A DNA stretch of 64,000 bases from contig CM102290.1 of NCBI GenBank assembly GCA_046563655.1, positions 12,958,001 to 13,022,000 of the forward strand. Direction: 5' to 3'. Both the position numbers and the translations under genes were made by a program. Shown here piece by piece: positions 39,001-56,900 of this stretch. The DNA comes from Yuukianura sp. NJ FZ-2021. Taxonomy: Eukaryota. The first letter of the stretch is position 1; each line of letters opens with the position of its first letter. The notes below the pieces were generated by a model. That model made no database searches. It was not told the origin of the DNA and worked only from the letters and a program-made list of their open reading frames with translations.

Positions 39001-39730
39001 ATCGTATAGCAGGTACATTGCGTCTGATAGTCATTAAAATAACAGTATAGTCGTAATTTTAAGTTTAGTTTTAGCACGTTTTGTTTTAAGAGGCAAGGGG
39101 AGAGAAGGCTTTTGGTTTTATACGTGAGGCTGTTCTTAGAATTATAATTTAAAACAAACATTTTACAATTTTAAAAGAGGTTAACATTGTTCCGAAAACA
39201 GTAAAAGAATTTTAGTGTTTAATTAGAACTCAATTTCCTTCTCGGAATTGATATACTTTTGTTAAACCGATTTTCGTCTTCTGTCAATCAAATTCTGTGT
39301 GTGCGAAATTTAAAAGTCATATAAGAAATACATGGTTTGTCAATTCTGTAAACGCTCAGCGCTTCTTCCCATGCCTATCCAATTTTAAGTTTCAGATTTT
39401 AGGTTTTACGTCACGTTAGGCCAAAAAAATGTTTCAAGTTTGAGCTTTTTGATTTTTGTTTGTTTGTTAAAATGTGGTGAAAGTCACTTTATGTTTCATT
39501 TTTTTCATAGCGTAAATTTGGATTTCTTTTTCTTATACCTTTCATCATCTGAGTCATTTTGATTTCTAAAAAAGTTTTTTTTTTGGTAGTAGTAAAATTA
39601 TGTTTTGGAGGAAGAAAAAGTTTCGTTTCATATGTTCAGTCACGCTATTTACTTTTTCCAGGTATCCATTGAACGGCATTCAAGTTTCAAAATTTCACAA
39701 TCCTTTGGCTCTATTTTTAAAAGTTTGTTA

Positions 39731-39912
39731 CAGAAAAACCTCTTTTATGGGAACTCTTGTTTTTTTTTAAACGTGAACCTGCGAAACGTAAGTTTCTCTA
39801 AAAGTTTAACTTTAAAAAAATCGACTATAGATTTTGGATGCTCATACTCTGGTGTGACGTCACCATAGAGTTTCGCGTATAGGAAAAAGTTGATCTAAGA
39901 GAGGCTTTTCTG
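39731..39912. mobile_element. MITE related to the 1611-1789 copy
   Basis: ta|cagaaaaacctctttta ... taagagaggcttttctg|ta. Confidence 0.65.
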
Positions 39913-40198
39913 TAAATCCTTAAACTCCGGAATTTTAAAATTTTCAGAGATTTTTAAAAATTTAATAAATAAGAGCAACTTTTTTCCTCCAAATGTCACC
40001 TTGATTACTGCATTATGTACCTCTCAATTCATGTATAATACTGTCAGTTTAGTTGTTTTACAAGTTAATTACTACTATAAGTTAAGTGCGTAGTTAAGTG
40101 AAAAGTTTGTTTTTGGTAAAGTGAAAAGAGACAAGGTATATGCAATAATTGGTAATTTGATAAAGCTAATGTACGCCATTAGGTTACCATTGGTTCCA

Positions 40199-40327
40199 GG
40201 CCATTAGCACGAAAACAGTAAGCGCGAATTCCACAGGTTGGCAACACTGTAACTATGTTTTACCAATGAAACATAACCCACCCTTTTAAAAGCCTATTCG
40301 CGCTTATTGTTTTCGCACTAATGACCG
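40199..40327. mobile_element. Small inverted-repeat element (~30-bp TIRs)
   Basis: ggccattagcacgaaaacagtaagcgcgaat ... attcgcgcttattgttttcgcactaatgacc. Confidence 0.6.
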
Positions 40328-40661
40328 TAGCTAACGTTACCATTTTGTTACCAATTAAAAATTTTTTTTTCTAAATATTTTAAAATACAGCGTTAAGATA
40401 ATGTCGCTGCAAAGTTTTGCTAACCACCGGAACTTTAGCACATTTGACACATATTTAGACCTAACTTATTAATTAAAATATTCAACCACACTTAAGTACA
40501 TATGACTACTGTTTGTGCTTTCGACAGAGATGAATATTAGTGAACACATCAAGTCAAAACAGACAGACAATAGAGAGTGAGAGCAAAACAGGCTACGAGC
40601 CCTGACAGCTGTTTCAAAGTGTTTTAAATTTCGAACTTTTTCTGGAAAAGTCCGTTTCTCC

Positions 40662-40853
40662 CAAGGTTCCTTGACAACCGATTTGCATTTCCTGCAACAG
40701 GTTATTCAATAACTCTTCAAACACCTTTTGGCGCCAATCCCATTTACATTACGTGCAAGAAAGGCAGATTTGCTACTTTCAAACAAATTTTAAAACTACG
40801 AGTTATTGGATAACCTGGTGTAGAAAAAGTTTTTTTTTTGTTTACGAACCTTG
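40662..40853. mobile_element. P-element-like MITE (CAAGG...CCTTG)
   Basis: Perfect 8-bp TSD GTTTCTCC and subterminal AACAGGTT/AACCTGGT motifs. Confidence 0.85.
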
Positions 40854-41682
40854 GTTTCTCCGCATCTTTTTTTTTAACGGCGGAAGACTCGTACGGTTCT
40901 CTTTGGCTTTTCAATTTCTGAAACTCACGCTGCTCTCTACTCGTCTGCACAACATGAGCAGATATTGCAATAATTTAAAATCGTAGTGTTAATTGTCCTA
41001 ATTAATTAAAGTTGTACTTAAAGCATTTTAGCACCAAATCGAGACTCAAGGGGACAAAGTTGGAGGAATCACAGCAATGTAAAACCAGAAGCCTTTTTGT
41101 TACTCAACTTTGGCATCATCAGCATAATGCTTGATATGGCTTTTAAAAAACGCTTTTGAGAAAGTTGGTTTTTGCATACTGGCGTTATGTTTGCCAATTC
41201 CAATACTAATTTAAGGTGGAATGTCAAGGAGTGGTGCTTTCACTGACTCGCAAGTGCAAAGTGCAACACACGAAATCAAAAGTTTCTCTCACCTCTCACA
41301 AAATCTTAAGTTTGGATTCAATTTGAATTTTAGCGGTGAAGAAACGGGACTCGTTATAAATTAAAATAGTATCAATTTGAATTTGAAACTCCGCTCTAAA
41401 AATTTTCTAATCATTCTCCGAATCCATAAAATTTTTTTACAATCGAACCGAATTGATGATAATTTTTTTTCTTCCTGCTTCCTGGTTTGAAAGTGTTGCG
41501 GTGCAGAGTTATATTTGAAACTCATGCTGGTTTGACGCTCCATTTTGAAAGCATTTCCAATCAGCATTGCAAATTGTTCAATTTTGGCGGCACAACAGGT
41601 AGAACTTCCGTGATTGGTGAGCTACTGTTATGACCCGGCTAGGTTTGGGTTAACCTTGTTTGGTTCCTTAGCCGGTAGAGGA

Positions 41683-45740
<4,058 letters not shown>

Positions 45741-46704
45741 TTCGTCTAGAGTGGAGATGTCTTCGGGTGAACTTTGACCTCTGGACTCCTCGACTGGAGC
45801 TGGAGAAGAGAGAGCAATGGTGAGTGGTGGGGTCACTGGCCTGGAGCCTGTTACTGCAGTAAGCTTCTCCACAGTTTGGCCCCGGAGAAAGTACTCTACT
45901 GCCCCAAAACTGCGAATTCCTACAACCGCGTCCAGCTTTTCAAGTCGACTGCTTAACTTTATAAGTGGCCTCAAAATGCTATTGTTTCAGCCTGTTCTGG
46001 AGGACTTCATGAACCTCCGACTCACTCTGACTAATAACTGACTGTGTTTCTGAAGAAGCCGAGAGTTAAGCGTTGCAGTCGGCTGCTCAGAACGTACTGA
46101 CCGTGAGGAGAGCAGTGTACTCAAATTTTATGAATGGAGAAGAGTCCTCCCCTTTACTACTACGACCAAGAGGGGGTGATGACGACAGTTGAGAATGACG
46201 TCGTTCTCTCCTTGTGTGCTCTCTCCAGAGAATCAATTTTCCCGCACTTGCTCTGTCTGAACTTGACCCTCTCCTTACCTCAGTCACTTTCTCTGCAGTG
46301 GCCTATGTTGGTCTAACCTAACTTTCTCCTTCACTCTCACTCTCTTCCTCTCCTTCAACCACAATTTAAGCACAGCACGAGATGCAATACTAGGCTCAAT
46401 AGGTGGAAAGACCATAGGATGTATACTGAAACATAAACAGACCAAGATGACCTCACACGCTACTGCACTGGATTGACTCAGTTTTCATCTTAACGTTAGT
46501 AGTAAAGGCGGGGCTGTAAGGTTACTACATCTTAGCTAAAAATATCTCTACAAATTTCCGTTCCTAACGTACCATAACGTAACATTTTGTATTTGTAATT
46601 GAGATATTTTTGAACAGATATTTTTAGTCGAGATGTTTTTGAAAAAGTATTTTTTAAGAATTTCAGCCATCCGGTAAAAGTCGGCGTGAAATAATACCGA
46701 CAGC

Positions 46705-46981
46705 CAAGGTATGTTGATTTTCATTTTCTTTAACAGGTTGGGTAATATCTCATGTTTTTTTTTGATTTTGCAAAAGTGTATTTTCATTTCAGGGCATCGT
46801 ATAGTCATAACAATACAAGCGAATTTTTTACATATTGCATACGAATTGGTAGCAATATTTTTCGGATTGGTACTAAAATTGGTACCAATGTCAATTTTTG
46901 TTTTTTCTTTCGTTTTTCTATCAACAAGCGAAGTAGTGCCCAACCTGTTAAAGAAAATCTTTTAGTTGTCAAGGAACCTTG
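46705..46981. mobile_element. P-element-like MITE upstream of EGR
   Basis: CAAGGT...ACCTTG; TSD ccgacagc/gtgacagc. Internally similar, in inverted orientation, to 50626-50894. Confidence 0.8.
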
Positions 46982-49469
46982 GTGACAGCCGACAGAAAAG
47001 AGGAGACTGGAAATCAAAAATTAAAAACGACGAACAAGAGAAAAGTTTTATTTTTATTTAAAAACGAGTTTAAAAAAACAAAAACTGAGTCAGAAAAAAT
47101 AAGTCTTACAAAATCGCCTACTTTATAACATCATTGTAAAGCTCGCGTAACGGGCACAAGGAGTTAAAATTCAGCTTTTACCTCGATTCCAAGCTGCAAA
47201 AGCCCAAAATTTTGAAAAAAAAAAGTGGAATGGGTAACCACACTTATACAAATATTGTCCAATTTTTTTCTGACCTACACTACACCGCCCTCTATTTCAA
47301 AATTCAAATAGAAATCGCTCCTGATTTTGTGACCCCGGAGATTACACAACTCAAGGTGAAAACAAATGGCAGTTGACATTTTGTCCAAATAAGAAACCTG
47401 GTTAATAATTTATGTGAACCGAGCACAAATTTCATGCCAGTGGACTCTGTAATTTAGACGAGACAAATTTGGGGCTTGCTTTCTTTTTTCTCAAGAGAAA
47501 GGTCAAGTTCAACTTATTTTTTCAAAACTTATTTCTAGGTTCAGGAGTATTTTTGGACATTGGAAAGCTAAATGTCAGGGAACCGCCTGCCAGTGGCACA
47601 TTTGGTTCCGCCTTTGGTTGGCTCCCAATAAAACTTTCTCCAAATGCAATTTCTCATGCACTTTGTTGAAGCAAAGTCTCACCTTGTCCCAATACATATG
47701 AGAATGTCAGAGTTCAATGACCGGCGGGAAGAGGTTGGTCGATAGTTATTCACAAAATGGGACTTGAACAATGTCCGAATCTCTCCTAATATTCTATCAA
47801 TTTTTTAGATTTTTTCGGTGTCTAAATCCAAGAAATTGATAGAATTTTGATGTACGCACGCGTTTTTCGGTTTGAAATTGAATTATTGGAGTCATTATAG
47901 GCTTTTCATTGGGTTTAGACTATTGTGCGTAGATTTTAATTGATTATGGCGAAGAGAGAGACAAGAGATGACCACGATATTATAAAGTTAGGGCCAACAG
48001 GAGTACTAAATGCAGACTTTTTTTTGCTGGAAAACTATATTGAATTTGAAATTCACCGATTTCGGTCAAGTGGGAAAAGAAAGCTGGAAGATCAACACAA
48101 TGCCCGCAGATCCAATTTTTTTTTAAATTTCAGTAAAAAGAAAAATTGTGGCAGAAAATCGAATAGGAGTTGAGTCAAAAATATCTTTGAACTTTGGTTA
48201 CGTTTTTGCTTAATTTTTTTTTACTTCATTTAACTTGCGTAATTTTCTAATTGTAAAAGTATTTGAGCTGGGATTCTGCAGTCGTAAGTTGAAATGTTTT
48301 AGATGGAGAAGAGAAAGTTACTCTTGTCAACTGCCATGTTAAAAGTCGGCTGTGATAATTGGTTTACGGAGTAGGAAAAAAAGATCTTGTTAATTAGCCT
48401 AATTTGTTCATTAACACTTTTTCTTTAGCAGTAACTGCAAACAAACACTAAAAACCTTTGAACCAAGCAAGTTCGTAGAAAAAAGAAAAAAAAAAGAAGC
48501 AAGAGTGTAAAGAATTTCAAATCGAACGGTGACTAGGCTATTTTTAGGACAAAATTTATATTTAAAAAAAGTTTCTTTACACAATAAAACCTAAAATTTT
48601 GGGAGGTGCTTAAAATTTGAATTTTCTCCCGTTGGATCCAACCGGCGCTAAGTTTTAGCACACTGCTAGAAATTCGGTTTTAAACAACTAGAAATAGAAA
48701 GAAAGTTTCTTTAATTTCCTGAACATTTCTCACCTTAACTATTTAAAACAATAATTCTGCAAAACTAGCTAAAAAATGCTATTTAAAAAAAAATTTAACA
48801 TGAAATTTTGGAATTGAAAACTTGAAAATTCTGCTGCTTTTTTTCCAACATATAAGTTTATGGCCTCATGAAAATGGTTTGGACCAAAAGTGGCCCCCTG
48901 TGACTTGCATTGTCCAAACCACTGCCCCTTGGCGTCCACCTCGTTCTGAACTGAAAGTGTCTCCGGGGTCTCTTCATAAACTTTGAGCTCAATTATTTTC
49001 ATCTGAAGGAAACCTTAAAAGGAGACACGATTTGAGCCGATGAAAACCGACAAGATGACTTTTGAGAGATGCAAAGGGGGTTACGTCACCTCCCTAAATA
49101 ACAATAAGTTTCACGAGACTCCGACCAAAATGCAACACACGCTAAACTTCTTTTGAATTCTTCCTTTTTCAATTCCCTATCCACCACTTGACTCTACAAT
49201 ATTTACACCTTGTCTGTTTCTCCCAACTTCAATTCGACAAATAAGATGAGCCACTCCTCCTTTGATCAACGTCAAAATAAGAACAAAACCAACCATTGTA
49301 AAAAGGCCTTACAGAAGTAGCGAAATGAACATGAATAGAAGTGTGTGTGGCATACATACGATCAAAGCAGCAGGTCAAAGGTCACCAACACGAGCACAAG
49401 TATATCTACACTCTATGTACTAGTGAATAACTTTTCAGAGGTAATTTTTTTCCATTGCCTTAAAAAAAT

Positions 49470-49652
49470 GTGACCTTTGACCCGGAGGTTGTCCACTTTC
49501 GGTCAAACCTTAAACCGATTAATCAAGCTCCTACCTTGAGTAATTTTAGTGTGAAGACAGAATCAAAATCGGTCCATTGATTCCAAGGTTCTAGTGAAGT
49601 ACAGACAGACAGACAGACAAACTCGGGAAAAGCATAAAGTAGCGAACTCGTT
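49470..49652 (-). mobile_element. Helentron/DINE-1-like non-autonomous repeat fragment
   Basis: (GACA)n microsatellite adjoining ..aaagtagcgaa.. and tgacctttgacccgga. It is the reverse-complement relative of 52795-53220. Confidence 0.5.
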
Positions 49653-50625
49653 TTTTCTAATTAATAGAATGTTTACACTTCGAGTCATGCCAAAACTTTA
49701 TTTTAAACCGCTGCCTCATCGCCATCTTCCGTGTCATCTCTTCCTAACGTAAGTATTCTGCCAATAGCTCAAAAACTGCCTGGAGATTATGTGACAACTT
49801 TACTGTTAAAAAAAACTCTGTTCGAAAAACTAAAAAAATCTAAAAACTTCTTTGAAATTTAACACAACTTTTAATTTGGAAATGAAAGAAGAGGAAATGA
49901 AGAATTGGAATGAAATCTGTGTTGCGTGGGAGTAAAAAAAACTGCGTGGCTTTGAAACCTGAAGAGAAAGTCCACTTTCTCCTTGCAGCTTTCCAGGTAA
50001 AAGGAAAGTTCATGTAAAGCTTTTGAGATTATTGGAACTCGTTTCCAGTTTTATTCTAAAAATATCATTTAATCAATCAATACCAAGAATAATACGGTGA
50101 CTTTTGTCATTTGAACAGCTTTTGATTCATAACGTTACAATAATTTCTGAAGTAAAAGTGAAAATGAGCTGGAAATGTTAGATTTTTTGTGTTTTTTGCA
50201 AAGGCAGTGGAAAACTACTAAAAATTATTTGCGACTCGGAGAGAACAAGAACAAAAGGCATGGGTTTGTGCAAAAGAGTTGCGTTGAAACGCATACTTTG
50301 CTAAGGTTTCATTTCCAAAACTGTTTTTTTTCTTGAAAACCTCTCCGCAGATCTTTTGAGCAAAGAAAAAATTTGTTTTCCGGTTCCCTCTTTTAGGGTT
50401 GTAGTAGTGGCATTTCAGTTTTGAAAAAAAAAACCGGCTCTCGCACTTGTTCTTGGTCTAAAAATAGTTGGCGAATCATCCTCATATGAGCTAATTTTAG
50501 CCAGTTTTTCGCCCACCAATTTTGGGTTTGCTATTTTTTCGGTAGTCATCTAAAATTAGGCTCTCGACTATTTATATTACTAACAAAATATCGAACGGAA
50601 TTTGCATTTCCTAGGCCGCTTTTCC

Positions 50626-50894
50626 CAAGCTTCCTTGACAAGGAAAAGTTGATTTTCTTTAACAGGTTGAGCACTACCTCGCTTGTAGACAAAAAAAAAT
50701 TAAAAAAAAAGTCAGTATCAATTGGAACTAACTTCCGAAAAACTGGTACCAATTCGTATACAATACTTAAAAGATTCGGCTGTATTTGTTATGACTACGA
50801 TGTTCGGAAAAGAAAAGACACTTTTTCTTGTAAAATCGGAAAAACATGAGGTATTACCCAACCTATTAAAGAAAACCAAATTTAAAAAACCTTG
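50626..50894. mobile_element. P-element-like MITE
   Basis: CAAGCTT...AACCTTG with perfect 8-bp TSD GCTTTTCC. Confidence 0.85.
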
Positions 50895-51447
50895 GCTTTT
50901 CCCCACTATGTCTTTTTTAGACTCCCACCACTACCAAATAGTGTCTAAGAATCACACGTGGAGTTGCATAACGTGAAGGAAACCTAATCCAATTCTAATA
51001 TAATACATAATATAATATATTAAATGTACAAACTGAATTCCGGAGTTGGAGAATCAAGTGTCCCTGGCCTCTTAAGGCTCTTAAGTGAAGTGGCTCTGTA
51101 TGGTCTGACATTTGGGTCTTACCTGGGAGATTCAGGAGTGGACTGACTTCTTGCGCCTCTTGATGACAGACATCTTGCCATCCGTAAATGCCTTGAGACT
51201 ATAAATGTGCACAAGGAAAATATAAATTATGACCGAGTCACAAGGGAAACAATGAATTAGTCCTTAGCATTTGACTAAAAGCTCTTTTCAGAAATTGTCA
51301 ACTTTCTGTCTCTCCTGGGACTTAGGTGTTTAAGCCATACACAATTGCTTTCCTTTCTAAATGTCTCCAACTGGAACCAAATCCTCATCTGCTTTGTGTC
51401 ACGAACAATCGGACTTCTTTTAAAACTCAATTAAATCAAAATCAAAT

Positions 51448-51578
51448 CTCAAAAACTTTCTATATGCTCAAAAAACTCTGAATGCTTAAAAATTTCCTAA
51501 ATGCTCAAAAATTTTCTAAAGACCCAAAAAATTTCTGAATGTCCAACAATTTTGTTCTAAATACTCAAAAATTTTCTA
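51448..51578. repeat. Degenerate ~20-bp minisatellite
   Basis: About 6-7 copies of a ctcaaaaa(t)tttctaaatg-like unit. Confidence 0.6.
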
Positions 51579-52794
51579 TTGTTGTAAGTGGTTTGTAGAA
51601 TTCCGGCTTACCCGTTATGTCAATCCGAAACATTTCACCATTATAGTCACCGGAGTATCTTGACTCCAATTGACTTTTAGGTAACTTTTGAGTAATTCAC
51701 CAACTTTTACTTTCACTTTTTCACTCTTTTGCTTCAAAATGTCAACTTTTCGCGTGTCGTCCACCTCACACTATGAAGTTAAACGATGCTTGTGCTCCTG
51801 TCACTGTTGCCTCAATAAGTTCACATAACCTGACCACCTTATTGTCCAAGTCTCAACAGGTTTCCTTTCTCCTAGTGTGCAGAGGTGCTCTTAGCCTGAA
51901 GTGTGGAGAAAGTATGAAGTTATGAGCGGGAGATGGAGTGTGGAAGACGGTGGAAAGTGCGTGGGGTGGCAGGGGAGTGCGGTGGATGTCGATTCAGAGG
52001 AATTAACAAGTGGGTTCTGATCTTGGAACAGACTTGCTAATTGCTTCCCAATTCCAAGACAACGGTCCTCACTGAACAATCTGTGGTGTGTATAGAACGT
52101 TGTTGCCTCGGAACTGTGCTCCGGAGAGGAGTATTGCTTAAAAGAAATGGAGGGGCCAACATTTATATAAGTGGAGACTCGAGAGTAAAGGCGTGGGTTT
52201 GGGCATCCTTGCCTTTGGCTTTTCTTCCCAGTTGTAGCACGGCAACCGCCTTGGCGTATGTCAATGAAAAAAAGAATCCCGGCATTCATACTACTTTTCA
52301 TAATAAACTTATTCCACCTCAAGCTTTCTCAACTTTGGAAAACATTTCTCCACCACTCTTTTACTTGAAAAAGTGAAGTCAGCGAGCAGTGACCTTTGAC
52401 ACAACAACAAGAAATGAATGGGATTCAAACTTGTTGTTTTCGGAGTGTTTTGTATTAACTTCTGAGTACTCTCAGCATGGTCAGTGTCATCGAAATTACT
52501 CCGCGCTGGCAATTCAGTTTGAACGAAACACAGTTTTGAAAAAAAAATTGTTGAGAATAAAAAAAAAAGTCGTTTTTTAAAAAGAAAACTTTACAATTCA
52601 GTTTGTATCCCTTCGATGAACCACGGGGAACCAATGAATGAATCGCAACTTGTCAGCTTTCCTTGTGAAAGCCTTCATCTCCATGTTAAAATCAGCGATT
52701 CTTCGAAAATAGAAATTTACCACTAACTGTACATTGAATTACTCTGATTGTGAGTAGCTTTCACTTTGAAGGACTCAGCGCGAGAGTTTAAGTT

Positions 52795-53220
52795 ATTAGC
52801 GAAAGTAGCTACTTTGTGCATCTACTTTGTTTGTGTGTCTGTCCGTCCGTCCGTCGACGTCAACCATTTCAGAAACGGCTCAACATTCCGAGTTTTGTTT
52901 ACACTGGTAAACATCTATTAACCCGGGAATGTTCTGTTTGCTATTGAATATCATTCCTACTGGTCAACTCCTTCCGGGTCAAAGGTCAAGGTCAACCGGT
53001 TTGCACGCTGATAACATGAAAAATGACTGCTACAAAAGTTGCTCATCTCATCGAGACTAACATCTACTATGTATATCACATGACCCCACGTGACCCTCTT
53101 CCGGGTCAAAGGTCAACTTGTGCTTTTTACCGTTACGACTATAGTCCACTATGATTTATCGCATGGTGTGCCGTTAAGAGCATTTACAACTGCAGCGTGA
53201 TTTTTCGCTACTTCCTGTTT
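52795..53220 (+). mobile_element. Helentron/DINE-1-like non-autonomous element
   Basis: Subterminal inverted pair tagcgaaa / tttcgcta, (GTCY)n microsatellite near the 5' end, T-rich ends, and two internal ccgggtcaaaggtca repeats. Confidence 0.55.
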
Positions 53221-53811
53221 ACAACCGTTTATTGAATTAAAGTATGTAGCTTAGTAAAAAAAAATTTTTCTCTCATTAATTATTTAGAATCATTAATAAT
53301 TAAATGTAATGGATGATATTACTCCTGTTAATTATATCACATTTAATTCACAAAGCAAAAATTACGTTTGTGTTTTAGGGATCGCAGAGCGGAGAAAGCC
53401 TGATTTGCTTTAAAAACACAAATTTCGTAGGGTTTGAGGACTACAAAAAAACCACACGTTTCACGTACCTAAAAACCAGCACTTTCCCTTTTCTTCTGTC
53501 ATTCAGCTTTTTTTGTGTCTTCACAGTATGCCTATGCTAGTTACATAAGTCAATGCATCACTAGCATCCATTTTACGTCAAAGTAGAAAGAGAAAATTAT
53601 CTAACCAAGTTCCCCAGCGTCGCAAATTTCTCCGAAATTTTTGAGCAGAGAGAAATTTTGCTCCAAACTCTCAGCCCCAAAGCAGTGCAAATACAAGGTA
53701 AATGTAAAATAGGAGAGATGTTTCTTCTATTGGCTGTTTTTGTTACTCTGACATTTAGATTTTGGACACTACTGTTGAAATGGAATCAAAATGAACGCCC
53801 ACATACATATA

Positions 53812-54222
53812 CCAAGTGTTTTTTAATTTGTGTCCAAGCCATGTATAAGAGCGTAACGGAGTTGGCCGGAGTTTGGATGGCGGGAACCGAAAATTTGAAC
53901 GGTTGACTATTCAGCTGAGGTGACAAAGGTGTTCACACCAGGTCTTGTTTATTCTCATCCTTTTACTCATTCTTTTATTTAACTTATTCTTATTGTTAAT
54001 TGTTTTAAAGTATTTATTAATGACGTTAATTGTTAAAACAATTGACTAAAGTTAAGTAAAAGAATGAGTAAAAGGATGAGAATAAACAACACCTGGTGTG
54101 AACACCTTTGTCACCTCAGCTGAATAGTCAACCGTTCAAATTTTCGGTTCCCGCCATCCAAACTCCGCCCAACTCCGTTACGCTCTTATACATGGCTTGG
54201 ACACAAATTAAAAAACACTTGG
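53812..54222. mobile_element. Foldback-type MITE with ~170-bp near-perfect inverted arms and TA TSD
   Basis: ta|ccaagtgttttttaatttgtgtccaagccatg...cttttactcattctttta is mirrored by taaaagaatgagtaaaag...catggcttggacacaaattaaaaaacacttgg|ta. Confidence 0.92.
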
Positions 54223-54903
54223 TACACTACAGCCTGTTGCTCATTCACAGAACTCAGACTTTAGTACAAGGCTCTTCGTATGGAATACCTTGCCCATTAT
54301 GAAAAAAAGGAAATTGCGTGGGCAGCAAAGTAGCGTTACTACCAAAAATGGATGGTCTCCGGGATAAGGCATGGAGCAACGCTTATTCTTCTTCCTTCGA
54401 CGGAATCCAGTATATTTTTATTTTCCGCAAAAATTTGCGTTTTTGAATGGTTAATTGGAGCCTTATAAGCACAAAACCCCCTCCAGACACCGCCGATACT
54501 TTCATTCACTTTTTTCAAACTCAAAATTCAATGAAATCAACTGAAAAAAAAAGTTGTTTAAGATGTTTCCAAAATTAGCCTCGCGAGATCATCTCTTTAT
54601 TGTAGGATCTGCACTTTTTAGCGGAAATGAGGAAAAAGTAAGAAAGAATAGGAAATGTGGAGTGGATTTTCTTATGTCATCACACCTTTATTCCTGGCCA
54701 TCTTTGGACAGAACCTAATTAAATCTCCTCGCAGAGCAAAAGATGAAGTCAGATCTCAAAATACTATTCGGATGCTAAAACTTCCTTAATAAAAAAAAAT
54801 TTGAATGACCAGTGGATCGCCATAGCAAATGCAAAGGAGATCAACACAAAAAAAATTAAGAGACAAAAAGCTTCAAAAATATAAACCTAATCTCGGTACT
54901 ATT

Positions 54904-55214
54904 CAAGGTTCGTAAACAAAGAAAATGTTTTTCTACACCAGGTTGTCCAATAACTCAGGTTTTTCAATTTTTTGCCAAAATTTTCAAAAACCAAACGGGT
55001 TAAATTTCGCTTCAATTTCTGTGACTTTTTGAATTTTTTCCCCACTTTTATTTTATTCCTATGCGATTTCAAGTGTTCAAAGTTTGAAAAAAAAATGGGG
55101 AAAATGTATAAAACAAAATTGGTGCTAAAAGTTGTTTGAAGCTAGATTTTTGAAAACCCTGAGTTATTGGACAACCTGTTGTAGGAAATACAATTCCGTT
55201 GTCAAGGAACCTTG
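54904..55214. mobile_element. P-element-like MITE
   Basis: CAAGGTTC...GAACCTTG; TSD gtactatt/gtactgtt. Related to 192-413, 40662-40853 and 45127-45327. Confidence 0.8.
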
Positions 55215-55535
55215 GTACTGTTTTCAGAGCACTTTTCAAAAAAAAAATTAAAACTGAGATGAAGTGATTTAAAACAGTCAAAAAGTGTTTGGACTGAAAC
55301 AACAATGCGTGAAGTTTGGACATTATGTGCTTGAAAGGAGATGAATGGCAGAGCGGGAGTTTCCCATGGCCATTTAAAGCGTTACAATTTGTCGAATGAC
55401 GGGGTCAAAGGATGGCACGGGAGAGTCACTGTTTTCCACCCACACTAGACCCAAACCATGAATTGCACATACAGTACAGTAGATGAGAAAAGAAGAGCAT
55501 CCCGGAAGGAAAATAATGCGATTTGGAAGGTAATA

Positions 55536-55652
55536 CCGTAAAATTTCAAATAGTACACTTAGAGTATACTAATTCTTTCTGATGGCATGAGGATGCACTA
55601 ATAGGAAGATGATTTATTATTTGGAATTAGGGTACTATTTGGAAATTTACGC
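55536..55652. mobile_element. Short CCGTA-type MITE (degenerate)
   Basis: ta|ccgtaaaatttcaaatagtac ... gtactatttggaaatttacgc|ta. Confidence 0.55.
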
Positions 55653-56439
55653 TAAGTTCCAAGTCAATCTTTAATCCAAAGATTGCGTGAACAAAACTCG
55701 TAGCACCAACATCAACAATGACGGAAACTCAAAACTTGATTTAATCTTACTTTGTAGTAAATTCAATACATAAATTTGTGTAATTTTTTTCGTCAAAGTC
55801 TAACTAATTTTATAAATATTTAAGGCCAAAAGTTGAGATATTTGATAATAAAAAAATTCATACAAAAAATATATTCTTCCTGTTTAATAACTAGTTCTGG
55901 CAACTCTGGTGACAATGATGAGTTTGATACATGGGAATTTGACTTTGTCTTTAAAAATTGTCAATCCCACATTGCAGCATAGGCGCCACCTTTTGCCAAT
56001 AATTCTCTGTGCCTGAAAGTTAAATTCATAATACATGCTAGAATTTGAAAATACATGTTTGGATTTTGAAAATACAGCGAGTTACATAATCCACGATTTT
56101 TTAAAATTTCTGTCCTCATGAAATGAGTTTTCGGAAGCTCAAATCCACGGAAATTCTTTCGCGATTTCAATTTTCGTGAATCAACTTTTTTTTCATTAAA
56201 AATTGTCGTAAATAATTATAGTAATATATTTAATTTGTACCAACTTTTCTATTTCAATGGTGGCTGAATAATTTTTGTTTACGCATGCGCGCAACATAAC
56301 CTCGGGTTTCAAAACCTGGTTGACGTTGATCTAAAACACGCGTGTAAACGTCAAAATTCCTTTATTTATTTTTTTTAAACTTGGGTTTTACTGCAATAAA
56401 AAATTAAATAAATAAATTTATTTAGTTAAATAAATAAAT

Positions 56440-56900
56440 TTAATAAAAACTTAATTTACTTAAGTTGGATTTAATCATTTTATGAAAAAAAGTAATAGTA
56501 AGTCCTCCTTTGGAGTTCTTTCGGCTTCCGGATCCTGAGGTCAAAGGTCAAGTTTTTTTAAAATTTTGAAAATCTGGAAAATGGACAATTTGAAAACTTA
56601 CGTCGGCCTCCTTTTCGTCCGCCTTTCGGAGTGCAACCGCCTCCCTTTGAACGTTTCCTGCTTTTGCTTCGTCGCACTTTCTTGCCAGGAGAACAGGAGA
56701 CTTTGCTGGACTTGCGCTTGCGCTGCTTCTTCGTTGGCGAGCAGGAGCCCTTCGTTTTTCTCGGTTTCTTCCCCTGGTTTGTAGGTGAGCAGGAGGCCTT
56801 GGTCGTTTGAGGCTTCTCTTCCGGTGGACAAGCCGAAGCCGACTTCCGACTTTGGCGCTCTTCGCTGCTTCCACCTTCAGCGTTGTTGGCCAACGCAGCC
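56440..56900 (-). CDS. Putative small Lys/Arg/Ser-rich basic protein (protamine-like or H1-tail-like); first exon not resolved
   Basis: Exon 56900-56602 is bounded by ttgcAG and GTAAGT and encodes ..KASCSPTNQGKKPRKTKGSCSPTKKQRKRKSSKVSCSPGKKVRRSKSRKRSKGGGCTPKGGRKGGR. The next acceptor at ~56535 continues RSGSRKNSKGG. Confidence 0.55.

Noticed and set aside
46548..47017. Cluster of overlapping 70-130-aa ORFs (likewise 50546-50976)
   Set aside because: They coincide with AT-rich MITE copies and have low-complexity F/K/I composition with no domain.
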